NCBI GenBank assembly: GCA_022605425.2
Contig: JAKIMF020000001.1
Coordinates: forward strand, 2,604,001 to 2,668,000
Length of the DNA: 64,000 bases
From: Hamiltosporidium tvaerminnensis FI-OER-3-3
Lineage: Eukaryota > Fungi > Microsporidia
Direction: 5' to 3'
In this document: in pieces, positions 11,537-22,606 of the stretch
Numbering within the stretch: the first letter of the stretch is position 1
Layout: each line of letters opens with the position of its first letter
Notes under the pieces: generated by a model
What the model was told of the DNA's origin: nothing
The model's database searches: none
What the model saw: only the letters and a program-made list of their open reading frames with translations
Translations under genes and position numbers: made by a program

Positions 11537-12461
11537 TTAGAGTTTTGTCAAGAAAAGTTGGTCGATCCATTGCTTTATAGTATATGTAATTTGATTCTTA
11601 TAAACGGATTTCAATTTTTAATCGAAATTTTCTTTTTTTTTAAAAATTTTCATAGAAATTTAGAAAATAACGAGGAATAAACAGTAAAATACAAAATATC
11701 ATTAATTTTTTCATGATAGGAATTGCTTTAATATTTATAGTATGTTCCTTGTGTTTTGTGCAAAATACTTTTTTTATTTGTTATATCTGCTGTATGAAAA
11801 AAACAATGATTATTTTCTTAACACACTGTCTGCCTTTTTATTCAATATAATTTATATCTTTATTATCAAGTATGTTGAAAAATGTTTTTTTATAAAAAAA
11901 GAAATAAACATCTATATTTTAAGAAATACAGAGATAGGTAATTCAGAGGTTTGATGATTCTTTATTATTTTTAAGAATTTTTCATATTAGGTTTGATAAA
12001 AAACGAAATAAATTTTATTTTCTTATTTTCTATTAATATACTCAAATAGGAAATATAATTTATAAATTCGATTCTAATTGTAATAACATTATATATATTT
12101 ATTATAAATCAATTGAATTACAAATCTCGTTATATAACTAAACAAAAACCACAATATTCTTAAAATCCAAAACTGCTTTTTTATTTTAAAAATTATCGTT
12201 TCAAAATAACTTTCTATTAATTATTGTTTTTCACAGATTTAAATTTCAAATTATAAAATTTTATTTAAGTGATTATAAGAAATAAAATAAAAGTTTTCAC
12301 AAATAAATTTTTGGAATTAAATCCGCCCAAATATTCAAATATTTTTTATACTTTAATTTTAATTCTAATACCAATTTTATGAAATAAAATTTGTTTGAAT
12401 TACAAATAAGAGAATTCTTTGTACAGATTGTAACACAAAGAGATATATACTTAAATATAAG

Positions 12462-12645
12462 AAAGATTAAATTTAAAAGTCAGTTACAATAAAATAACTT
12501 TTCATATTTTTTTGCTCCCAATTATCTGAGAATCACATCTATAGCCAAAGATTAAATTTAAAAGTCAGTACAATAAAATAATTTTTCATATTTTTTTGCT
12601 CCCAATTATCTGAGAATCACATCTTTAGTCCAAAGATTAAATTTA
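12462..12645. repeat. Tandem repeat, ~85-bp unit, ~2.2 copies
   Basis: aaagattaaatttaaaagtcagt...gctcccaattatctgagaatcacatct occurs twice, followed by a partial third start. Confidence 0.93.
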
Positions 12646-13369
12646 TTTCCATTAATTTGTCCTTTTTCCATATGAATCATATATATTTTTTATCTAATTT
12701 TAAAATATTTGATTGTTTTAAAATTAATTCTAATCTAAATATTTACTTTCAAAGATTTATAAGACAAAATGATTTCTAATTCGTTTTTAAAATCCAGGTT
12801 TGTATTTCTAAAAATAAAAAGTTATAAAATTTTAAACACTAAAGATCTGTAAAACAAAAATATTTTATTTTTACTCCATTTCTTCACAAATAAAATTCAA
12901 ACCTTAAATTATTTTATATTAAAATAATTTTAAACAGTTTTCCAAGATGTTTAAATATAAACCCAAGTTATTAAGAGCACTCTAATATTATTACTAGAAT
13001 TTAACAACATTTTCTTTGGAAAATTGAAACGAAATTTCAATCCTTACAAATTTACAGATGATAAACTTTAAATCAATAATTATATTTCTTTAAAAAGAAA
13101 TAATAAATAAAAAAAAAGTTATAATCAAATAAAAAAATCTCGAAAAATCACAAAAATAAAAAAAAATGTAAACCATAAAAATTTATTAACAACTTAAATA
13201 TCAGACAAAGAATATTTTATTCAATATAACATAAAATTTTTTAAAAAGTACTATAATATCCTTATACGTTATTTTTATTAGAAAAAAAAATTGTAAAAAA
13301 TATAAATTGTAAAAAAGTTTCTTTTAAAAAATCATTAAATAAACTAAAAATATTGAGAAAAATATTAAA

Positions 13370-13516
13370 TAAACCAAAACAAACTACTAAGAAACTAATA
13401 AAACCAAGAAACTAAGAAACTAATAAAACTAAGAAACTAAGAAACTACTAAGAAACTAAGAAACTAATAAACCAAAACAAACTACTAAGAAACCAAGAAA
13501 CCAAGAAACCAAGAAA
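13370..13516. repeat. Degenerate short-unit repeat (aaactaag/aaaccaag/aaactact) immediately 3' of the antiporter gene
   Basis: Repeated ~8-bp variants, e.g. agaaactaagaaactactaagaaactaag and agaaaccaagaaaccaagaaaccaag. Confidence 0.85.
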
Positions 13517-13554
13517 AATAAATTTTTATAAACACATTTAAAATATTAGAATAT

Positions 13555-14856
13555 CTATATATCAATACCATGTTCATTTACAACACGAGAAGTACTTTCA
13601 AATTCAGTAATGTTACTTTCCATATCAACGTATTGTACATTACTTTTATTTTTTCGTAAATGTACATGAATAATTGGTGCAGTAGATCCATGCATTATAA
13701 CACTACTTAATACAACACACTGTACTAAAGGAACCAAATCTAAAAAATCAGGAAGTTTTTGTTTTGCAAAATATGCAAAGAATATTGCACCTACACCCAT
13801 CGGTCCATACCAACCAGCAAAAAATGCTTCACGATTGCAACGCAGCTCAGGAACAAATTTTCTAAAAATAAAAAATAATGGAAGTCTTCGAAATAAAATT
13901 ATAAGAAAAGCACACCACCAATATTCTGCCTTGAAATCTGTAAATGGAAGAATCGATCCAAATAATACAAAATATGACAAATTTATCAATAAATCAATGA
14001 CATCTAAAAGATGTGAATCTTTTACATCTTTTAAAAATGATTTGTCCCAAGAAAAAACCATTCCACAAATAAATGCAGCCACAATATCATCAGAATCTAT
14101 CAAAGCAGTAAATCCTGTTACAGTCACTGCCAATGCAATAATAAAAACAAGAAAACTTTCTTTATCTATAAGATTTCTAGCCTTGCTCGCTTTTAATAAA
14201 ATTCTTCCAAAATATCCAAAAAAAACACCAATCGCAATCGCAAGAAATATTTCATAAACCCACGTATGATATGTCCATTTTTTTAAAGCTTCAAAAACAC
14301 TTGAATGTGTCAATAAATATATTGGCAATGTCAAAAGTGGAAATCCAAGTCCATCATTGGCTCCAGATTCAACAGTCAGTAAATTTCTTAAATGTACTGG
14401 AATATATCTGTTTGCAAACTTTCCTTTCAAAACGGTACTGGCTAATACAGGATCAGTAGGAGTTACACATGCTCCAATAACTAAACTTTTTAAAAAAGAT
14501 AATTTGGTAACCAAACATATGATTCCAGAGCTTATAAGCCATGTTAATACCATAAGAGGAAATAACAACACAAAAAGACTCTTCCATTCTTTTCTAATAT
14601 AACTTTTTGGAACAGCAATTCCAACAGCAACAACTTGTAAACTTATAACGAGTCTAGAAAATTGAAACATAAAATCATCAGAAAGGCTGGGCGCAATATT
14701 AATTTTATTCAGAACACTGGGACCATAAAAAATTCCTATTGCAGTTGCAAGTAGTGTTTCACTCAAATAAAGTTTTTCTTTGACAAATAAAGAAACCAAA
14801 CCAAAAAGTAAAATGAAGGCAGAAACAAGTGAACAGGCCAAAATAAATCCGTGCAT
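13555..14856 (-). CDS. NHA1: Na+/H+ antiporter, CPA1 family (fungal Nha1/Sod2-like)
   Basis: Many TM segments; motifs CVTPTDPVLAS, ESGANDGLGFP, FRRLP, FAGWYGPMGVGA. Confidence 0.95.
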   Translation of the reverse strand: MHGFILACSLVSAFILLFGLVSLFVKEKLYLSETLLATAIGIFYGPSVLNKINIAPSLSDDFMFQFSRLVISLQVVAVGIAVPKSYIRKEWKSLFVLLFPLMVLTWLISSGIICLVTKLSFLKSLVIGACVTPTDPVLASTVLKGKFANRYIPVHLRNLLTVESGANDGLGFPLLTLPIYLLTHSSVFEALKKWTYHTWVYEIFLAIAIGVFFGYFGRILLKASKARNLIDKESFLVFIIALAVTVTGFTALIDSDDIVAAFICGMVFSWDKSFLKDVKDSHLLDVIDLLINLSYFVLFGSILPFTDFKAEYWWCAFLIILFRRLPLFFIFRKFVPELRCNREAFFAGWYGPMGVGAIFFAYFAKQKLPDFLDLVPLVQCVVLSSVIMHGSTAPIIHVHLRKNKSNVQYVDMESNITEFESTSRVVNEHGIDI

Positions 14857-14870
14857 TTTAGGGGTAATTC
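14857..14870 (-). promoter_or_regulatory. Microsporidian-type CCC motif upstream of the ATG
   Basis: Minus strand reads gaattaCCCCtaaaATG. Confidence 0.6.
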
Positions 14871-15004
14871 ACTCTTTTATTAAATAAGTCTGGTCTTTTA
14901 AAAATTTATAAATTGATTGATTTATAAACGATAGAAATATTTCCGATAAAAGAAATCTATTAAGATTAAATCATTTTTAATATTTTTTATGATAAAAATT
15001 CTTA

Positions 15005-15185
15005 TAAAATGTTGTAAAATTATATTAAAATGTTGTAAAATGTTGTAAAATTATATTAAATGTTGTAAATTTCTAATAAAACGTGGTAAAATTCTAATAA
15101 AATGTTGTAAAATTCTTTTAAAATTTCTTATAAACTCCTATAATTTCTTACAAATTTCTTACCAAACTCCTATAATTTCTTATGA
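15005..15185. repeat. Low-complexity short tandem repeats upstream of the antiporter gene
   Basis: aaatgttgtaaa occurs several times; aaactcctataatttctta occurs twice. Confidence 0.75.
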
Positions 15186-15519
15186 AATATCGTTAAAAAT
15201 TTCTTTTAATTACAAATTTATAAATCATAGAATAGATTTACTATATTAGAAATATAAAAACTATATTTTTTTCTTAGAATATTCCTTTTAAAATTAAATT
15301 TAAGAAAGTAATTTAGTTTTTCTAAAAATATTAAAAAATATTTGAACTATAAAAATCATAAATATAAAAGAATTAAATAGATTTTAATTAAAATTTAATA
15401 TATAAAACTGTAATATTTAATGATGCATAAAAAATTAAAAAAAAACTAAGAATATACTAAATTATAGATTTAAAAATCTGCAAGTTATAATATAGAATAA
15501 AAAATTCTTATTGTTTATA

Positions 15520-15710
15520 ATTAAAGATTTTAAAGAAATATTAAATCATATTTATAGGTTTTGATTAAAGAAATACTGCTTGATATCAAATTAAAGATTT
15601 TAAAGAAATATTAAATCATATTAATAGGTTTTGATTAATGAAATACTGCTTGATATCAAATTAAAGATTTTAAAGAAATATTAAATCATATTAATAGGTT
15701 TTGATTAATG
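15520..15710. repeat. Tandem repeat, 70-bp unit, ~2.7 copies
   Basis: ttaaagattttaaagaaatattaaatcatat...gcttgatatcaaa starts at 15521, 15591 and 15661. Confidence 0.95.
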
Positions 15711-15930
15711 AGAGATACTAATAAACCGGAATATGTAGTACGTTTTCTGATAAAAGTAAAATAATTCCATTATAAAGTTTTATTTTTTCAAAAAAATTAT
15801 GAAATTAAATAAATTTTTTATGATCAAAGAAAAAGAATTTGGCATTGAAAAAAATATATAATTTTAAGTGATATAAACGAAAAAAAGAACTTTTTGAAAT
15901 TACATTGTATTTGTAATTTATTAAAAGATT

Positions 15931-15973
15931 TAAAAATGGTAAAAGATATTTTAACCTAGAATTTTATTAAATA
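15931..15973 (+). mobile_element. Extreme 3' end (stop codon and 3' UTR) of the R4/Dong-like family
   Basis: taaaaatggtaaaagatattttaacctagaattttattaaata vs 40231-40274 taaaaaatggtaaaaaatattttaacccagaattttattaaata. Confidence 0.7.
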
Positions 15974-17321
15974 CAAGTAATTTATTAAATATTTTACATT
16001 TTTAAATCTTTATATATAATTTTAAAGAAGAGTGATTTTAAAGAAATAATTTGAAAATAAAATCTGTTTTTGAAAAAGAATATAAATTTTTACAGATTAA
16101 AATGAGAGAATAAAAAATTAGGAATAAATATATGAGAGTGTGAAAATATTTAGAAAATATTTTACAAAAACATAAATCTAGTTATATTGAAAGATTATAG
16201 AATGTAATTATATAAAGAACCATTAAATTTAAAAATAAAATTCACCACTGTTTGATTAAAGATTTAGTTAAAATTGCTCGAACAGTTTAATTTACTCGAT
16301 ATAATACGTCTTTCGACTTAGCGATATAGAAAATAAATTACATATTGCTTTAAAAGTAAAATATTAAATTTTAATACAAATAGATTCTTATATTTATACA
16401 AGAAGAAAAAAATAAATTTCAGGAAAGTAGAAATTTTCGCTAAAAAAAAGGTTTGGAAAGGAAAAGTAAATTTAAAGAAAAAATAAATTCTATAAAAAAT
16501 TTATCTGATATGCCTAGATTCCTACCTATGGTGGTAAACATCAAATTTAAATATTAATAATTCATAAAGTCAGTCATATGTTGGATACCGAAATAAATAA
16601 TAAATATTTCATTGAGAAAATATAAAAAATTACGTTAGAAGAGAAAACTTCATATAAAATGGAATTTTTGTCATATTAATTTTGGTTGTTGAGTTTTATA
16701 CATCTTCTGTTTTGACAGACTAGTCTATTATATTTGCATTCATATACATATTATGGGTAAAAGCTTTGAATTATATCATTTTATAGACATATTTAGTTTC
16801 ATTAATTGCAGTATTTTTCTGTATAATACCACCCTCCTTGTCTGCCTCAATATGTCGGCTGATATATAATTTTCAAAACTCTCGGATTTTATTATGACAC
16901 ACCCGAGACATTTTCTTAGCTCTCATCATCAATTGGTCATAAAACAAATTTCTTCATCAACAAAATGAAATCTTTTAAACAAATGTTTGGATAATTATTG
17001 ATTAATTAATCTTGATTTTTACAAATATATAGAGCTTCTTAAGTTATATCTTAATATATTTACTTACAATACCATCTCGTTATTCAATTAAAATATTTTA
17101 AATAAATGTGCGTTTTAAAACCAACCCCTCTCCACTATGTTAATACCTGTGAATTTTATTCTGAGTAAAAGTATAATCTCGAAGATAATTGAAACTGTTA
17201 ACATATATGAGATCTAAAAAATATATTTTTTTGTCTTCCTTTAGAGAGATAAAAACCTTTTTTGCCTAACTAAACCATTTTGAATCGAATCACGATTTTA
17301 ATGAAATAACGGCATTTAGAT

Positions 17322-17543
17322 CAGCAGTTCTTAACAACGACATGCGGGAAAGTATTTTTTGGAATGCGACAGAAGCCCCCGTCAAAAGCCTAAGCTTATA
17401 CAGAAATTTTGATTATGTTTCTTTTTGCAACAAAATAAGACAACAAATTTACAAAAAATCGAAACACTTTTTCATTTGGGGGTGCAAAGATCAATTTTCA
17501 GAATCAAATGGTTCCGACCCACTTGCAAGGTTAAGAACCACTG
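17322..17543. mobile_element. hAT (Buster/Charlie-like) MITE, 222 bp
   Basis: TIRs cagcagttcttaac / gttaagaaccactg (12 of 14 match). Flanked by 8-bp atttagat (17314-17321) and atctagat (17544-17551) with central TA. Confidence 0.85.
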
Positions 17544-17761
17544 ATCTAGATTATATATTTCCCAAAAAAATCCAGAAAAAAATAGATTAAAAATAATCCA
17601 AAAATCAAATCAGAAAATTTTAAAAAAATGTTCAATCTTCATTTTTCTTGCTCATTTCATGAATTATATTTATATCAGTTTTTTTTACCTTTTTTTATAT
17701 ATGAAACCTTTTTATTATTTTAAAGCTAAAAAGATAAAAATATAAAACTTAAAAAAACCAA

Positions 17762-18147
17762 AAATACCCATGAATGTAGAGGCATATATTCAGTCGATAG
17801 TACTCAAGAAGACAGTCTAAACAATCTATTCCGATAAACGGCGAGACCTTTAGTATGCTTCAAATACCGAAAAGAGCCGGGACAGTGCGTCATTAAGTGC
17901 TATTAAGAGAGCAGAGATGCATAAAAAACCAAAAACCCATCTAAAGTAAGTGAATAATGGGAAAAAACGATGTTAAAAAGATAATAAGAAAAATATTTTA
18001 TCTTTTAATATTTAGATGGCGTAACCATAGTGGAAAAACCGACAATAAACATATTTGAAGAGTTGGATATGAGAATGAATAATGAATTGGTTGAAAAAGT
18101 GAAAAAATTATACAAAATATAATTTTTTAACCGGAAAAAAATTAAAT
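17762..18147 (+). mobile_element. 5'-truncated decayed copy of the R4/Dong-like family
   Basis: aaatacccatgaatgtagaggcatatattcagtcgatagtactcaagaagacagtc matches 39881 onward, and similarity continues to the 3' end. Confidence 0.9.
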
Positions 18148-18664
18148 AAATGAAAGTTATAAAAAATAACTTAACTATTAAAATAAACTTTAAAAAAGAT
18201 TTGAAGAAATTTCTTTTTTTAACTTTGCTATTAATATTTTCTTAAACCGATTTTGTGTAATATATTAAAGGTGTATAATAAAGAAAATCGAGGTGACATA
18301 ATAAAGTACCAATAAAGATTGTGTAAAGTTTTAGTAAGGACATCCAACAAAAACTAGCATAAGAACATAAGGACGGTTTAATTGAGGCTTAGAAATTATT
18401 AATTTAAAATTGTAAATTTGAAACCTTTGTGAGTCCGTGCTAGTGGCGTCTTTTCCTGGTTTTTAGAAAGGGGTTCGAATAATAGCAGCAAGGAAAAAAT
18501 AAAAAAAAACACTTATTAAACTATAAATAAATGTACAAATAGTTATACAATAATAAGTTAATACGTGTTTTTTTGTTTTTTATACGAAGACTTAATATTA
18601 TAACATCAAATTACCGAACATAAATCAACTATTCTGATGAGTTGTAATCTTAAACGTAATTTAA

Positions 18665-20945
18665 CCGTTTGGCTGCTAAGCAATTATTGCAAGAACGCAC
18701 GAAAACTGCGGGACTTATTTTCAATCGATGTTGTCAATTTTTTTTTTATATATATATTGTTTCGCACAACTACAATGTAACAAGTGTTATTGTTAACATA
18801 GAAAAACAAGTGGTCGTTAAAAATTAAAATTTATAAAAAGATAACTTAAAGTTTATTGATTTTCTCTTATGATCAGCACCTGAATCAATGATTTCGAATG
18901 ATTCCGGCGTAGGCACTAGGTGATACATGATAACAATTGCTATCGATAATACACTAGGTAGTATCACAAAATAATATTATTATGTGATACTACCTAGTGT
19001 TTTTCCAAACGTAAAGGATCGTTTTCATGAGAGTGAAAAATTCTGACTCTTACTTAAAAAATTTATGTATTACAACTATGTTTTGCCGCACAAATAGCGT
19101 GAAGACCTTTTTTACAACAAGCGCAAATAAGGTGGGATCGCTTGATCCCGCTCCTTTTGTTGCTACACACCGCACATTGTCGTAAGTTACGACCCGGTAA
19201 TTTTTCAAGCGCAAATTTATTAGTTGATGAAGATGGTTGTGTTGACACGCTATTTTTATGGTACATCCACTCCTTTTCGATGTCGTCAATAATTTTCGAT
19301 GTAAATTTGAGCCGGTTCATTTTTTTTTCAGTAGTGTTTGAAACATATAAAATATATGACTTCAGCACCATTCTTCCAAATACGTTGAACTACTTTCTTC
19401 CAATACTCGAGGGTTCTTCGCTCGTCTAAATACACGTATAGCATTTTGTCGCACTCGTCCACACCACCCATGTATTTATTGTAGTCATGAATCATGCTTG
19501 GTTTCATCTTTTCGTATTCAAAATTCCCTTTCTTTTTCTTGATCGTCACACTATTAGTATCCGAATTTGATGAAATCAGTATGACTGGGTTTGGGTTGGA
19601 CTTTTTGTCCCTGAAAGAGCACATCAATACATTTTCATGTGCCATGTATTTCGCTTCTCCTACGATTGCTTTCTTAGCTTCTGGAGGAATCTCTTTTCTG
19701 TTACGTCTAATTGTTCCAGTTAGATAAGTATTTTGTTTCAAAAGGGCTTTGGCCAAGCGTAAGGTTGTGTAAAAATTATCTGTAAACAGATGATAGCCCT
19801 TGAACAGATATTGCCAGTTGAAAGCAATTTTCGCGCAACCGTAAATCCAAGGCCATATTTTTGTACTAAATCTCTGTCATCTGTATTTTTAGCTCCTTTG
19901 TAGCAAAAAAAACCCAAGCAATATTTAGAAATCGAGTCGCAAAACATCCAAAATTTTATCACCTATTTATGGTGTTTTTTGTTTGGGATGTATTGTTTTA
20001 TGGCAGAATGACAGTGAGTATCAACTAACGACTCGTCGATAGATAATTGTTGATTTGGTATATAATGCCGCTGAAATACAGTATTTGCATGTTTGACAAG
20101 CATATCAAATCTGCCGCATGGGTCATAATTCGGATGTCCTGGTTCAAATAATGACGTATTGTCAATCAAGTGAAAAAACTTCAAAATCAGTTGAAACCTA
20201 TCCCTTGAAAACATTGTCCTAAACCATGGTAATTGCCGGGAACCTGTTGCCCAATAACTATCAATTGTTGGCCTTCTCGTAATCCCCATTTCGAGTAAGA
20301 CTGCAATAAAGGCTTTGATTTCGTATATCGTTGTCGGCGTCCACTTTTTTGCTCGAGAATTATTCAAAACAGTGTGCGAGGCAAAAAACTGGGTAGCATA
20401 TCGATTTGTTTCCCTTACAATGGTTTCAAGGAGTGATGTGGTAAAAAATAAATTGAAATATGTTACCGGTGAAGCATCGGGGGAGGCGCACATCTAGGTC
20501 CAGGAGTCTCGAAAAAATTATTTGTTGCTTTGGAAAACACATTAGTCGGAGGAATATTCGTAAAAGTTGGTGTTTCCTCTGCTTCTGAAGATGAAGATGA
20601 GATAGAAGACTTACTTTCAATCCTCAGTCTTTTTCTTCGATGAGTTATAATAATGCTATCATCACTACTTGTGTCACCACCAATTTCACCATCCTCAGAA
20701 TCGCTAGCAATCGAATCAACGTCCGAAATAATAGTTCGTGACATGGTTATATTTTTTAAATAATATATAAAAACGGTAAAAAGTTAGTTTAGAATACACT
20801 CGTGTTACAAAGTACTCGCAAGGTCAGACTACGTTCAATTCCACGGAGCAAAAAGACACACTGTGACTGGCAGCGCGAAAGCGCTGCGTCGCTGTTTTCG
20901 AGACAAATGAACGAAGCGCATTCGCGCCGCGTAGCAGTCAAACGG
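18665..20945 (-). mobile_element. Full-length piggyBac DNA transposon (2281 bp)
   Basis: TTAA at 18661-18664 and 20946-20949. Left TIR ccgtttggctgctaagc vs right TIR (reverse complement) ccgtttgactgctacgc, 15 of 17 match. Internal transposase present. Confidence 0.96.
19063..20744 (-). pseudogene. piggyBac (PGBD-type, DDD) transposase with 3 frameshifts and 1 in-frame TAG
   Basis: Acidic N-terminus; IVRETNRYA, FSRDRFQLILKFFH, LSIDESLV (D1), YIPNKKHHK*.IKFW, GYHLFTDNFYT (D2, shifted frame), GTIRRNRK, YNKYMGGVDECD (D3); C-terminal Cys-rich CAVC..CACCKKGLHAIC..H. Confidence 0.93.
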
Positions 20946-21029
20946 TTAATAGTCAATATGTTTTAGCCTAATTATTTCTAATTGTAATAATTAAGATTTC
21001 TTTAATTTAATTAAATAAGAGTTATAAAA

Positions 21030-21356
21030 ATTTTGACTCGGGTAGAATTTTTTTTCTACCTTTTTACCACTAAAAATAAACTTCTGAATCCGAAGCTTCT
21101 TTTAGATTTATTTTCGGTTCTCAACTGTGGCTCCTACATCTGAAATACAAAGAGTGATATTCTTTGTTTTAACACGCATAAAATCATGTTACTTGACTCG
21201 GTAAGTAGTAACGGGAATGAGTTTCTTCATATATCTGGCTCTTTTAAGAACACAGTTTAACACTCTTTCACATCTCTCTTCGGTATTTGGTTCTAACTCA
21301 ATTCTTTTCATCAATGGACGAGAATTTTTCGACTGTCTTTTTATGTACTATCAAAA
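21030..21356 (-). mobile_element. Decayed 3' copy of the R4/Dong-like family
   Basis: Reverse complement atagtacataaaaagacagtcgaaa...aataccgaagagagatgtgaaagag matches 39916-40010. Confidence 0.8.
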
Positions 21357-22606
21357 TATTTTATCAGAATAGTATCGTAATAATATTTAATATCTAATAC
21401 AGATTATACTAAACACATGGCGATTCGACATTTTGAAAAAAAAATAACAGATTGAGCATTCAATCATTACAAATATATGATTTAGTATTTTAAATTTACT
21501 ATTACTAAATTTAACATAAAAAACTTAAACATGACTTAAAAACGAGATATTTTTTTGATTTATTCTACGTCTGCATATAAGTATTTTATTTTAAGCATTT
21601 ATTTAGAAATAAAAATTTCAAAAGACTAAAGAGCTAGCTTTGCTGAAATTGATAAATGTAATTATTCTACCATTAAAAGTTCTAAATAATAATAGAAATG
21701 TCATCATCTATTCTCCTTTGATATGCCAAAACACATTCACCATTTCAAGGATTTAAATTTATCTGAAATTTATAGTTTAGAGTTATTTGCTGCAATATTT
21801 TTTTTGATAAATTATATATAGATTTTATTCTAAAAAGCATATTGACTTTCTTTAAATTGTTCTACAGATTAAAGACCTCTATATTGGATTTTATTATGGA
21901 TAATTCAATTTGAAGTATTTTTTTTAATATGAGATATTATTAGCAACAATATTCTTTTACAATGAAGATACAATTATATCATAATTCGAACATCCTTGAA
22001 ATATTTTTTTTACCATACAACAAAATATTTGAAAGATCAAAAAAAATTTATAAATTTTTCATTTTTGATACTTCAGATCATTTTTAAAAAAAAAAATTAA
22101 TTGCAAAAAAAATTATAAAGTTTGAATATAAAGAGAAAAAATACACAATAACAATATTTTTCATGTAAATTGTATACCTAATATAATCTGATATTTTAAA
22201 ACTATGATTTTAAAAAAATTTAAATAAATTACATTTTATATGATTTTATTACCCGGTATTAAATTTATAAAGATTTGAAATATTCAAATTATTTCTCCTT
22301 GAAAATTAGGTTTGATTATCTTAATATAATGTTATAGAAGTACAATATTGATAATAATGTTATTACCTCGAAACATGACTTTTTGTTCTATAATCATTAT
22401 AACTTTCTCCGGTACTTTTTTTGGATATATCTACTTTATATCTATTTAAAATATTCTAAATTAATCGATTAAATGAAAAAATTTAGAAAACAAATTATAA
22501 AATTTAAATTTATACAATATGTATCATTAGCATTTAAAAAGCTTCTTCTCTTATATATTCACCCGTTTCTATAAAAAAATTTAAATCTACCCCTTCACGT
22601 TAGAAA

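Noticed and set aside
7779-15710. CRISPR-like array
   Set aside because: The repeats are contiguous tandem units without unique spacers, in a eukaryotic context with no cas genes.
16700-16975. Possible Merlin/IS1595-like transposase trace on the minus strand (GG...AINETK)
   Set aside because: One weak motif, with no TIRs or further catalytic motifs found.
17342-17590. 82-aa ORF
   Set aside because: Lies across the non-coding MITE and runs out through its TIR.
18439-18480. MITE-like end tagtggcgtc...ggggttcgaa
   Set aside because: No matching second TIR or target duplication located.
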